Of a DNA stretch of 64,000 bases, positions 40,166 through 49,917 are shown piece by piece. The translations under genes and the position numbers were made by a program. How positions within the stretch are numbered: position 1 is the first letter of the stretch; each line of letters opens with the position of its first letter. Source of the DNA: Candidatus Micrarchaeaceae archaeon (GTDB lineage Archaea > Micrarchaeota > Micrarchaeia > Micrarchaeales > Micrarchaeaceae); assembly GCA_050013715.1 (NCBI GenBank), contig JBEKES010000001.1, positions 1 through 64,000 on the forward strand, in the 5' to 3' direction. The notes under the pieces were generated by a model. It worked only from the letters and a program-made list of their open reading frames with translations. It was not told where the DNA came from and ran no database searches.

Positions 40166-40278
40166 TGGGCCTGGAGAGATTTGAACTCTCGACATCTGGC
40201 TTTCTTCTTGATAAAACTTCTTTTAAAGAAGTTCTCAATTATAAGACCAGCGCTCTGACCAGGCTGAGCTACAAGCCC
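40166..40278 (-). tRNA. trnI: tRNA-Ile(UAU) with 38-nt intron at 37/38 (40202-40239)
   Basis: acceptor GGGCTTG/CAGGCCC, D arm GCTC/GAGC, anticodon stem CTGGT/GCCAG, loop CT-TAT-A|A, GTTCAAAT T loop, relaxed BHB. Confidence 0.88.
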
Positions 40279-40323
40279 ATTAAAGTAAAGAATTGTTGAC
40301 GGATTAAGTATTTAACCTTATAG

Positions 40324-43300
40324 TTACGGCATTGTGTCGTTGTTGTGTATCCAGGGCTCTTTTGCAGGAACTGTCACATTGCCGCTTGAGTAGTTGTTCA
40401 CTTCATATATTCTTACTGGATATGTGCCGTTGACGTAATTGATTGATCCTACGGTTGAATTTACAGGATACACTTCAGTGAATCCAGGAAGATTACCCAA
40501 TATGAATCCTTTGTAGTAATTGGATTCGTAGAACTGCGATGGCGCATTTGTTATGGAGCCGTTTGCAGCATTGGGAGTGTAGAGCATAAGGAACTCAACA
40601 TATAGGTTTCCTTGGATGTTTTGCACTCCCTGATAGTCAGTTGACTGTATGTATGCATTTATCTTGGTCCCATTCTGATTGTAGATCTTTAATACTCCAT
40701 TGGATGTTGGAGTCGCATCAACACAATCAGTTGCGTTTTCCACATTGTTGCCAAGTATTAGATATGCCTTGATGTATATGTTGCTGCCGTTTGATATTTG
40801 ACAATAGTTGTTGATGCTCTGTGAGCTTGAATTGGTTTGTATCAATGCAGATAATGGAAGCAGGGCGAATTGAGGGTCATGCGCAACTTCACAGGCTGAT
40901 GTTCCCAGCAAGTAGGGCACTGCCGGACTTTGCGTCTGACCTTGCGCTACTGCATATTGCATTGAAGTGCCATTGACGTTTACGCACCCTAGGAAGTCCA
41001 ACGCACCCCATTTGGATATAAGGTCTTGATCGAATAGCACATACTTGGTTTGATTGCCTTTCATGTAGCTTGCAAGTGTTTGAGGAGTTGCAACGCTTAC
41101 TGCACCAGATGCAGTTGTTATGGGCTTTGGACCGAGCACATATTGTGCTGCAACTGCATAGTCTTCGCTCGCTACCGAATTATCGCCTCTTAATACGGCA
41201 TTGCTGTTGCCGAACCAGTTGATCCAGTCGCCATAGTCCCACCAGGCAAGTATTCTTGGCGCATTGGGACCCACGTTATTGCGTATCCATGTCATTGAGT
41301 TGAGCCAATAAGCAGGTATTGTATTACAATAGAGATTGTACCCAAGGCTGTTTCCTGCATTGGAAAGCGTTGTGCATGCAGTAGCTGGGTTTAGCGAATA
41401 GGTTATTTGGGCAGAGAATGAATCGATGAATGCGCTGCTTTCGCCATAGAAGAACATGTGCGATGAAAATGAATACAGTGCAAGCAATATGCAAAGTACG
41501 ATCAGTGTTTGGTTTACCTTGTCCTTGCTTTGCTTTATTCCATATCTGTAAATCAGAATGAATGCAAGTGCGGCAATCGCGAACACGAAGCCGAATATGA
41601 AGAATAATCCTATGATTATTACAGATTGCGCAGCAAGCGGATGATCATGATAAACATTCTTGCTGAAATGCAGTGCCTTGCCGGCATCATTTGTCGTTCT
41701 TTTCACTAGCTTGAAATTATCTTCGGCTAGGTAGAGAACTTCTCCCAATATTATGCAGAATAATAGTATGTAAGCTGCTCCGAAATGAGGAAGATATTTC
41801 ACTTCAAGGAAACCTGCTACCATCAGCGGAATTGCCGCAGCGATGTACAATACACCGGTCTTGCTCCTTCTGAATATTATGCTTATGACTATGAAGGCCA
41901 GTCCGAGCGCACATACGGTCCATACAAGATACGGAATGTTGAATATTCCTGCACCAACTGCGCCGAATCCCTGTGCCCCGAAGTTGTATATCAAGCCAGT
42001 GGGTATGTATTCCTGCACTGTCATGAACAATGGTTTCGATGCTGTTGTAAATCGTGCGCTAAGGTTTATGTAGCTCTTGATGGGTTTTCCCAATGGAGTA
42101 AATAGAACTGCAACTATTGCAAGAACTATTACAAGTATCATGAATACAAGATTTGTCTTGCGGTTTACTTCCTTTATCACTATCTTGCTTTTTGCCAATA
42201 ATTTAGGCACGTAGTCCAGTATTGCTATAAGCATAAGCGCAAGCAACGGCCCTGATATTACGATTGGAATTCCCAGTATGCTTGACAGATTGCTCTGCAG
42301 CGTTGCCTGGTAAGGTGCATACAGCGCATAGAATATTATTATTGTTGCAAGTATTATGATGTTCATCTTGTAGAAATCCACAAGTGATTCATTTCTAAGA
42401 ATGTCTATTATCCCTTCAGCGACTATGTAGATGACCAGAACTCCTGCTGTTACTGTGTAGTAGTGAGCGCTCAGGAAGTTGGATGCGAATGCAATTCCAG
42501 CAAGAACTGCAAGTCTCTTGTCCTTCATGTTTCTTATGGCAAGCATGTAAGTTGCTATGAAGAAGAATATTGCGAATATTCCAAACGGTTCCACAAGCTG
42601 CTCTCCGGAAATAAACGTTGTGAACAATACAGGCATCATTGCGGTAAGCGCTGCACCGATAAGCCCTATTTTTTCATCATACTCATGGTAAAGCAGCATG
42701 AATATTACGAACACAAGAAGCGCTGCAGTTATTGGGGGGTATATGCTTCCAACATAGGACATTAGAGAAGAGCTGAATACAATGTGATGAGTGCTTAGCG
42801 AATTGACAAGCTGATACCAATAGGCCTCAAGATATGGGACCAGTGGCTGCAATCTATGGTTTGTGCCTCCAGGAACAACAGGCCATGCTGCAGGGTCGAG
42901 CAGCAACTGTTTTCCATAGGTCAATATGTAATGAGCGTCAATCATGTCGAAATAGGGATCGAACTCGAAGAATTTTGGTGCAGTTACAATGCTCTGCAGT
43001 CTTGTGTAGAAGGTGAGCATCATAAGTATAATCAGTATTGCCCAGACCCACCACGCAGCTTTGAACTTGTGCGTTGAGATTGGAGCCGCTGCGGCATCAA
43101 GCTGTTCTAGGAGTATTCTCTCCTCTTTTAATTGGTTTTCGCGCAGATGCTCCCTTGCTTCGCTGTGAAGATTCTCTATTTTTGAACGTTCTTCATCAGT
43201 TAGTTTTGAGATTGAGCTGCGCTCGCTCTCCTGCTTTGATTTTAATAAATGTTCTTCCTCATTGTGCTTTTTCACTACCTCTCTGCCGGAACCATACCTG

Positions 43301-43683
43301 TTGAGCCTTGACCTAACGGCATCAAGTGAAAGATTGGTTGTGTCTTCTTTCTGCTTGCTGCTTGAGCTTGAAAACATGGAGCTTAGATTCAAATCGTTGA
43401 ATACCCCTTCCCTCCAGCACAGTATTGCTCCTATTATGGTAAGTGCAAGTGCGTTGACTTCGAAAAGCCAGAGAGAGAAGCTGAACGCATGAACATATTT
43501 CATTAGATAGGATTCAAGCCATGTCATGGTTGCCGGTGCAATGAGACCGAATATGAAACCGATTACAATTGTCTCAAAGTGATTGAGTTCGGTTTTGTCA
43601 AGCAGTGCGTAGGCGAGCAGAACCCCTGGTATGAACATTGAAAAGAATGCAATTATAATTGCAGCTATTAACCCCAATACCAT
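40324..43683 (-). CDS. aglB: oligosaccharyltransferase AglB/STT3 with extra N-terminal TM and coiled-coil region
   Basis: EFDPYF, TVQE, WWDYGDW and multiple TM helices. Confidence 0.92.
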   Translation of the reverse strand: MVLGLIAAIIIAFFSMFIPGVLLAYALLDKTELNHFETIVIGFIFGLIAPATMTWLESYLMKYVHAFSFSLWLFEVNALALTIIGAILCWREGVFNDLNLSSMFSSSSSKQKEDTTNLSLDAVRSRLNRYGSGREVVKKHNEEEHLLKSKQESERSSISKLTDEERSKIENLHSEAREHLRENQLKEERILLEQLDAAAAPISTHKFKAAWWVWAILIILMMLTFYTRLQSIVTAPKFFEFDPYFDMIDAHYILTYGKQLLLDPAAWPVVPGGTNHRLQPLVPYLEAYWYQLVNSLSTHHIVFSSSLMSYVGSIYPPITAALLVFVIFMLLYHEYDEKIGLIGAALTAMMPVLFTTFISGEQLVEPFGIFAIFFFIATYMLAIRNMKDKRLAVLAGIAFASNFLSAHYYTVTAGVLVIYIVAEGIIDILRNESLVDFYKMNIIILATIIIFYALYAPYQATLQSNLSSILGIPIVISGPLLALMLIAILDYVPKLLAKSKIVIKEVNRKTNLVFMILVIVLAIVAVLFTPLGKPIKSYINLSARFTTASKPLFMTVQEYIPTGLIYNFGAQGFGAVGAGIFNIPYLVWTVCALGLAFIVISIIFRRSKTGVLYIAAAIPLMVAGFLEVKYLPHFGAAYILLFCIILGEVLYLAEDNFKLVKRTTNDAGKALHFSKNVYHDHPLAAQSVIIIGLFFIFGFVFAIAALAFILIYRYGIKQSKDKVNQTLIVLCILLALYSFSSHMFFYGESSAFIDSFSAQITYSLNPATACTTLSNAGNSLGYNLYCNTIPAYWLNSMTWIRNNVGPNAPRILAWWDYGDWINWFGNSNAVLRGDNSVASEDYAVAAQYVLGPKPITTASGAVSVATPQTLASYMKGNQTKYVLFDQDLISKWGALDFLGCVNVNGTSMQYAVAQGQTQSPAVPYLLGTSACEVAHDPQFALLPLSALIQTNSSSQSINNYCQISNGSNIYIKAYLILGNNVENATDCVDATPTSNGVLKIYNQNGTKINAYIQSTDYQGVQNIQGNLYVEFLMLYTPNAANGSITNAPSQFYESNYYKGFILGNLPGFTEVYPVNSTVGSINYVNGTYPVRIYEVNNYSSGNVTVPAKEPWIHNNDTMP

Positions 43684-43727
43684 AACAATTCAACTATTAT
43701 ACCTGAATATTTGGATAGCAATGCTTA

Positions 43728-44351
43728 TTAGCTATTCAATATGGACTTCGGTATTTCGATTGCCTTTAATTCTCTGTCAGGGAATACCGTTCCCGGTGGA
43801 ACTATTCTTACATACACTCCTATTGCACCGTATTTTGGATACGCAGTTGCGTGAGCCGCCCTTACCAGTTCAACAACATCACCAGCTTTTGGTATGTATC
43901 CTAGGCTTTTTCTTATTGTTTTGGCGCGTGCCCCCTTTGCTGCCAATTTGCCGCTTGTGACTATTTCAGCGCCAAGCGCTCCATTTTCTATGATTTCCCT
44001 AAGCGTTGTCTGTATGATTCTTCTTGCGTTTATTCCTCGTTCAAGCCTTTCTGCAATGCTCTTTGCAACCAGAAGAGGCTCAAGCATCTTGTTGTCCACT
44101 TCCATTACATTGATTTGAGGATTTTCAACCTTGAACTTGTTCTTTATTGTTTCAGTCACAATATCGATTGTTCTTCCTCCTCTTCCGATGACTCTTCCGG
44201 GATTAAGCACATATACAGTTATTCTTGTGAGTATTGGCGTTTTCTGTATTTCAACTCTGGAGAATCCTGCACGGGCAAGCTCCTTGCTGAGATACTTTGA
44301 TATGTTCAGTTTTATTATCGCATCATTTATGAATTTTGTTTCTATTGCCAA
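43728..44351 (-). CDS. rps3: 30S ribosomal protein uS3
   Basis: PGRVIGRGG, GALGAEI..SGKL and GAIGVYVRIVPP. Confidence 0.96.
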   Translation of the reverse strand: MAIETKFINDAIIKLNISKYLSKELARAGFSRVEIQKTPILTRITVYVLNPGRVIGRGGRTIDIVTETIKNKFKVENPQINVMEVDNKMLEPLLVAKSIAERLERGINARRIIQTTLREIIENGALGAEIVTSGKLAAKGARAKTIRKSLGYIPKAGDVVELVRAAHATAYPKYGAIGVYVRIVPPGTVFPDRELKAIEIPKSILNS

Positions 44352-44364
44352 TTCTACACCTTGA

Positions 44365-45132
44365 TTATACCTTTTGACTGTCCTCTTTTAATTCCTGCTT
44401 GTCTTTATTTGATTCCTGCACGTGCTCCTTTAATTCTCTTTTTTCCTTTGGAAATTCCTTTATTGGCTGTTTTGTCTCTGGATTTGGCATTGCCTGCGGT
44501 GCTGCAACTGGTTTTGGCACAGCTGCTGCTGTTGTCTTTGGTTGAGCAGGCTTTGCTGCGGTTGTCTTCTTCTTTTGAACTGTTTTCAATTCAACTGGTT
44601 TTTCCTTCTTGCTGATTGCCTTGAGAACCCTTTTCATTCTTGCACCCAATTCCTTTGAATCCTTGTTGCCAACTGCGATTTCTATCTTTGCGAGCTCAAG
44701 ATTGCTTCTTCTTGCTGCTCCGTAGCCATAGCCTCCGCTTATGGACCTTATTCCTTTTGAAGGAGACCTTGGAATTATTTGAGTCTTATTTGCAGTTGCA
44801 TGCACAACATAAAGCATTTCAGGGTCCTGGCCCTTGTTCTTTGCATTGGCAGCTGCGTTAACAACAACCTTCCTTACAAGTGCTGCGCATTTTATCGGGT
44901 ATCTGCCTTTCTTGCCTCCCAATTCGTGCCTTGATCCCATATATCTGTTGTGCCTTCTGAATTCGATTGGCCTTCCGTCATTGATTACGCTGTCGAGTAT
45001 TTTCAATGCCTGCGGAATGGAATGGTATCTAACCGCATCGCACACTACGCATAAATCCTTGTAACTGGCGTTAATGTCCTTTGCATGGGCGAAGACCAGT
45101 TCCTTTCTTTCCAAATTGTATGAGTATTTCAA
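44365..45132 (-). CDS. rpl22: 50S ribosomal protein uL22 with long C-terminal extension
   Basis: GRYPIK.A...NAAANA..KG; position in the cluster. Confidence 0.93.
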   Translation of the reverse strand: MKYSYNLERKELVFAHAKDINASYKDLCVVCDAVRYHSIPQALKILDSVINDGRPIEFRRHNRYMGSRHELGGKKGRYPIKCAALVRKVVVNAAANAKNKGQDPEMLYVVHATANKTQIIPRSPSKGIRSISGGYGYGAARRSNLELAKIEIAVGNKDSKELGARMKRVLKAISKKEKPVELKTVQKKKTTAAKPAQPKTTAAAVPKPVAAPQAMPNPETKQPIKEFPKEKRELKEHVQESNKDKQELKEDSQKV

Positions 45133-45525
45133 TTATTTCACCGCTAAGAACTTGCTTCCTCTTGTTGCCCTTATTCCTGGCGCAGAGTGAAGAACTCTTT
45201 TTGTTGTGTATGAATATTCGCCAAGCCTGTGGCCAAGCATGTTTGCCGCTATTACAAACTGCTTGAATTCCTTGCCATTATGCACTGCGAATGTCATTCC
45301 TACCCAGGGCATGACTATTACCGCTTCTCTTATGTGTGTTCGTATCGGCTTTGCGTTGTTGTTTTTCTTGTATTTTTCAACTTTCTGCAAAAGCTTTTTG
45401 TACGTGAGCGAATTCCTTTTGATGCTTCTTCTCTCTCTTGAATTGACTAATTTTAAATATTCATCCATTTGCATGTTTGTTGCTTCCGTTGCGTATTTTC
45501 CTCTATAAGCTATTCTTTCTACCAT
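45133..45525 (-). CDS. rps19: 30S ribosomal protein uS19
   Basis: IRTH.R, VHNGKEF, MLGHRLGEY and GIRATRGSKF. Confidence 0.96.
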   Translation of the reverse strand: MVERIAYRGKYATEATNMQMDEYLKLVNSRERRSIKRNSLTYKKLLQKVEKYKKNNNAKPIRTHIREAVIVMPWVGMTFAVHNGKEFKQFVIAANMLGHRLGEYSYTTKRVLHSAPGIRATRGSKFLAVK

Positions 45526-45529
45526 GATT

Positions 45530-46240
45530 TCATCTCTTTCTTCTGCCTACCCTGCTTGCGGCTATGTGCCCTACCTTTCTTCCTGGAGGTGCATTTCTCG
45601 ATGTCATGCTGCTCTTACCCTTGTGGTGCTGTTTTCCTCCGAACGGATGGTCAACAGGGTTCATCTTGACACCTCTCTGCACAGGCCAGGTTCTGTTCTT
45701 CGCATGCATTATATAATGATTCTTTCCTGCCTTTACAAGCGGTTGATCAGTTATTCCACCGCTGGCAACTACGCCCAATTGGGCCCTGCATTCATTCTTG
45801 AATATTACCATTGCCTTGGATGGCATTGTGATTGTTGTTGTGTTTCCAATGTGAGCTGCAACATAGGCAGCGCTTCCTGCCGCGCGGACATACTTGCCTC
45901 CATCTCCAGGATACGATTCAATATTAAATATTGGAATTCCTTCTGGGATGTCTCCCAATCTTAGGACGCTTCCCAATGAATATATGGGCTTTTCGCTTAT
46001 GTGTATCTTGTCGCCTATTCTTATGCCCTCTGGAGCAATAAGATAGCCTGTTGAAAGATCCTCGTACATAACTTCTATTAGTGGAGCAGTATGACCGGTA
46101 TGGTTTATCATGTTTACGACTTCGCCTATTCGTTCAGTTCTCGTGTTAGGATAGCTTACGCTGATGTCGAAGGTATTGGGTAATTTCCTGTAAACGTTTG
46201 AACCCTTTCCTCTTCTTTGTTGCCTTAGCTTCTTTCCCAT
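45530..46240 (-). CDS. rpl2: 50S ribosomal protein uL2
   Basis: MGKKLRQQRRGKG and RGVKMNPVDHPFGG. Confidence 0.97.
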   Translation of the reverse strand: MGKKLRQQRRGKGSNVYRKLPNTFDISVSYPNTRTERIGEVVNMINHTGHTAPLIEVMYEDLSTGYLIAPEGIRIGDKIHISEKPIYSLGSVLRLGDIPEGIPIFNIESYPGDGGKYVRAAGSAAYVAAHIGNTTTITMPSKAMVIFKNECRAQLGVVASGGITDQPLVKAGKNHYIMHAKNRTWPVQRGVKMNPVDHPFGGKQHHKGKSSMTSRNAPPGRKVGHIAASRVGRRKR

Positions 46241-46242
46241 AA

Positions 46243-46494
46243 TTACACCAGTTTGAGTTTCACTGCAACATCAGTCGCGTTGAAGCCCTTTGCCAATTTT
46301 ATAAATGCCTTTTTCGTGTTTTTCGGAAGATTGATTGTATTTATGCTTTTTACTTTCACGTTGAAGCTCTTCTCGAATTCCTTCTTGATTTCTGTTTTCG
46401 ATGACCTTGAATCCACTATAAATGTTATGATGTTGTTTTTGTCAACTATTCCTACAGATTTTTCTGTTGTCAGTGGATATTTCAATATGCTCAA
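46243..46494 (-). CDS. rpl23: 50S ribosomal protein uL23
   Basis: PLTTEKS...FNVKV..INT...KKAFIKL. Confidence 0.95.
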   Translation of the reverse strand: MSILKYPLTTEKSVGIVDKNNIITFIVDSRSSKTEIKKEFEKSFNVKVKSINTINLPKNTKKAFIKLAKGFNATDVAVKLKLV

Positions 46495-46498
46495 TTAA

Positions 46499-47281
46499 TC
46501 ACGTAAGATTTTGCTTCTTTAAAGAAGCGTCTAGCTCTTTTATTGCAGATTCGCTCCACACTGTCATTCTTCCGGGAACTCCTCCGGGCGCAAGCAGATT
46601 TGCAGTGAGATTTGAGACTTCGCAGGCATCAACACCGGCAATATTTCTTGCAGCTTTTATTGCACGTGCGTCCTTTCCAGTTACCAGAAGAACGGATTTC
46701 TTGTAATGCTTCCTTATGGAAGATCTCCTAAGCCCTTTCTTTATTCTTACTTGCTTGTCCTCTTTTATCTGCTCAAGTAGATTTATGCTGCTGAATATTT
46801 TCAATAATTCCTTTGTCTTTTTTATTGATTCGATTTCGTTTGTAAGTATTATTGGTGATTTTGATTTATTTGTTTTGAAGGTGTTTGTCGCAGAGACTGC
46901 GCTTGCCAATGCTTTCTGGTATTCCCTTTTGTTTATGTTCTCTTTTATTATCTTTTCTGCAAGGTGCGGATGCGCCCTCTTACCCTTCACTGCTGATGGA
47001 ACCACTCTTACCTGGCCTTGGACTCCTCCTCCTAGTTTCTGCCTTGGCCTTATCGCAATTCCCATGTGACGTCCCGATCTGTAGGAATTCATTGCACCAT
47101 AGTACATTGCAGATGTGTTCATTCCTGCAAGAGGATAATGCGCCTGAGGCTGAAGCTTCCTTGTGTTTTCTGCAACTACCGCTCTTTGTATAAGCTCGGG
47201 GCGTACAAGCTCGTCGAATGCCTTTGGTAGTTCGATCTTGCCCTTTACTTTTCCATCGAGAGATAAAATTTCAGCTTCCAT
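46499..47281 (-). CDS. rpl4: 50S ribosomal protein uL4
   Basis: VRPELIQRAV, AVKGKRAHP, RNIAGVD and LAPGGVPGR. Confidence 0.95.
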   Translation of the reverse strand: MEAEILSLDGKVKGKIELPKAFDELVRPELIQRAVVAENTRKLQPQAHYPLAGMNTSAMYYGAMNSYRSGRHMGIAIRPRQKLGGGVQGQVRVVPSAVKGKRAHPHLAEKIIKENINKREYQKALASAVSATNTFKTNKSKSPIILTNEIESIKKTKELLKIFSSINLLEQIKEDKQVRIKKGLRRSSIRKHYKKSVLLVTGKDARAIKAARNIAGVDACEVSNLTANLLAPGGVPGRMTVWSESAIKELDASLKKQNLT

Positions 47282-47286
47282 AAATA

Positions 47287-48258
47287 TCATTCAATTGATG
47301 TATAATTTATTTTCGGCTCCTTTATTCCTTTCCTGTTCCTGTTTATTGTTTTTCTTATTCGTACCAATCTTTTTACAGGGCCGCCAACTGAGCCTTTTAT
47401 TATTATATAATCGTTTTTTACGTTTCCATAATTGAGGAAACCTGCCTTAGGATTTATTTTCTGGACTTCAGAGGAATTGCCTATTTTCAATAAACGCTTG
47501 TTGGTTTCAGTTCGATAGTTGAATCCTAGCTGACCAGCTTGGGGAACAGTGAAAAGCACTTTTCCAGGAGACATTGCTCCAAGAGCACCAACGTGCCTTA
47601 CTTTTTGGGTTGCCTTGTGTGAAAGACGCGCTGTTCCGAATCTCTTTATGGTTCCGGCCCAGCCCTTTCCTTTTGTTATGGCAGTAATATCTATGAATTC
47701 TCCGTTCTTGAACACTTCATTGACCTTTAATTCCTTGCCGAGCTTTGCGCTTGCAAAATTGAATTTGTCTTCAATATTAGAGCCTCCGATTTCGGATTCA
47801 AATCGTATGTGCCTGTGCTGATCCACACTAAGCCCTTTCGGATAGGCAACAAGAAGCGCAGTTATGTTTGAATATTCATTTAATTTTTCTTTAATGGAAT
47901 TGAGTTTTGATTCATCATTCTTTACGTTTTTCCTTTTTAATTTCTTTGCGGATTCTGCATGATGTATTTCGAATGATGCTTTCTTGTAGCCGTTTATGTC
48001 CTTTGAATAGCAGCGTATTCCATACATTTCAATATGAGGGATTTCAAGAATAGTGCAAGCTGTTGTTATTTCCATGTTCTTTGAGGGAGAATCAGAATCG
48101 TCGTTCATTCCAATATGTGCCATTCCAACTTTGTATGCAACCATGTTCAGAGGAACGCTTTCCTTTATGTTTATGGGAGCATGGCGCACCCTAGGAAGAC
48201 GCTTCTGTGCTCTTCGATGATGCCAATATTGTAGTGAACCTCTGTGCATAATAGACAC
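47287..48258 (-). CDS. rpl3: 50S ribosomal protein uL3 (start GTG 48258 or ATG 48249)
   Basis: RGSL, YKVGM, TKGKGWAGTIKRFG and PQAGQLGFNYRTE. Confidence 0.96.
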   Translation of the reverse strand: MSIMHRGSLQYWHHRRAQKRLPRVRHAPINIKESVPLNMVAYKVGMAHIGMNDDSDSPSKNMEITTACTILEIPHIEMYGIRCYSKDINGYKKASFEIHHAESAKKLKRKNVKNDESKLNSIKEKLNEYSNITALLVAYPKGLSVDQHRHIRFESEIGGSNIEDKFNFASAKLGKELKVNEVFKNGEFIDITAITKGKGWAGTIKRFGTARLSHKATQKVRHVGALGAMSPGKVLFTVPQAGQLGFNYRTETNKRLLKIGNSSEVQKINPKAGFLNYGNVKNDYIIIKGSVGGPVKRLVRIRKTINRNRKGIKEPKINYTSIE

Positions 48259-48419
48259 TCAAATTTGATGTAACCTAGAAGAAGATCCTAGACGAATCTT
48301 TCCGCTACCGCTACTGTATACAACGTCTACAGTTAATATATTCTATTGTATGCTTTTATAAAGGTTTGCATGACGTTAACGCACTCTGAGGATTAGCGGA
48401 AGCTTTAAAAGCAAAAATA

Positions 48420-49013
48420 TTATTGGTGCACTGGCTCTTCCCTTAACAAACCATGACGGGCAATCCCTTCAAGATGTTCCGTAAAGTTAGCAGATATGGC
48501 ATTTATGCCGCCAAGCAATAAAGCTGCAGCCCCGACAAGCTCTTCATAGTTTTTCTTGTCTGGTAAATTTTTATCGAAACTTAAGAGCAGTTCTTTTATG
48601 CCCTTTGTATGAAGGACAACATCCTCTTCGATTAAAGACATCACGTCGTCGAATTTAGCAACTGACCATGTTTGTTCCTTTGCAATGCTCTGTTGATTGT
48701 CTATTGCACCTTTTATCATTTCATAATAATTTTTTAAAGATTCGTTGATTTCTTCGACAATTTTGAGACCTAGACTGTATTTTGTTATTTCAGTATGGTA
48801 TGGTTCATAGGTATGTGTAGTTGGTACGAGGATATGGAGGTCATTTCTATGTAGAACATACGTTTGAAGAAGCTGACCTTTAAGTTTAAAGGACAGTTTA
48901 CCAGATGCATATGACAGTTCTTCATGAAGAGGTTGCCTTATTTTTCTGCTCCATTCAACAGACGCTACCCCTATGGTTCTGTTTAGTTCCATTTGATCAC
49001 TAGGAACATACAT
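48420..49013 (-). CDS. hypothetical protein
   Basis: likely ATG 49013 (MYVPSDQ). Confidence 0.5.
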   Translation of the reverse strand: MYVPSDQMELNRTIGVASVEWSRKIRQPLHEELSYASGKLSFKLKGQLLQTYVLHRNDLHILVPTTHTYEPYHTEITKYSLGLKIVEEINESLKNYYEMIKGAIDNQQSIAKEQTWSVAKFDDVMSLIEEDVVLHTKGIKELLLSFDKNLPDKKNYEELVGAAALLLGGINAISANFTEHLEGIARHGLLREEPVHQ

Positions 49014-49084
49014 ATTTTTAGATATAAATAAGTTTTGTTTAACTTTGTACAAAGACTTAAATAAAAGAAATCCGATAGTAAAGC

Positions 49085-49870
49085 ATGTATTTTGTTGGGA
49101 TAGATCTTGCATGGTCCGGCAAGAATAGAAGTGGTATTGCAATAATAGATGGTAATGGTAAAAATGGTTCTTTGATAGTAGCGAATACAGTACTTACAGA
49201 TGAGGAGATATTGGATTTTGTATCAAAAAACGTAAAAGATGAGCCTGCACTCATTGCCATAGATGCACCATTAATAGTACCAAACAAGAAAGGCAGAAGG
49301 CTTGCAGAACAGCTTGTTGGTGATCTATTCAGAAGATACGATGCTGGTGCACATCCATCAAATAGAGAAAGATTAGGTGCCTGGTCAAATGGAAAAATAA
49401 GAGGAGAAGAAATTACAAAGTCATTGCAGAAATTAGGTTTCATGCACGACCCATATGTAAAAAAACATGAAACTTCAAGAAAGCTTTTCGAGGTTTATCC
49501 GCATCCATCAATGGTTGTATTATTTAATCTTAACAAAATACTGAGATACAAAGCAAAACCAAACAGAGATAATGCATTTAGAGTGAAAGAATTCGAAAGG
49601 TACAATAACTATCTTAAAGCACTAAATAAAGCATCACCTGCTCTAAAAATAGAGAAAAAGTTCTTGAATAATGATTTGAAAAAGTTACGATTATCCGAAT
49701 TAAAAAGTTATGAGGATACTATTGATGCGGTGTTCTGTGCGTACATTGCTTATTATTATTGGGCAAACCCACAAAATTGCTCAGTTCTTGGCAACATGAA
49801 AGCAGGATACATCATGACGCCTGTTTTCGAATCAATGAGAGGAACACAAAAAGCACTTACAGCAAAATAA
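49085..49870 (+). CDS. DUF429 family predicted RNase H-like nuclease
   Basis: GIDLAW, AIDAPL, EVYPHP and EDTIDAVFCA. Confidence 0.85.
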   Translation: MYFVGIDLAWSGKNRSGIAIIDGNGKNGSLIVANTVLTDEEILDFVSKNVKDEPALIAIDAPLIVPNKKGRRLAEQLVGDLFRRYDAGAHPSNRERLGAWSNGKIRGEEITKSLQKLGFMHDPYVKKHETSRKLFEVYPHPSMVVLFNLNKILRYKAKPNRDNAFRVKEFERYNNYLKALNKASPALKIEKKFLNNDLKKLRLSELKSYEDTIDAVFCAYIAYYYWANPQNCSVLGNMKAGYIMTPVFESMRGTQKALTAK

Positions 49871-49917
49871 TTGCACAAAATGATTTAATACATTAAATTT
49901 TATATTAAAGTGATTAG

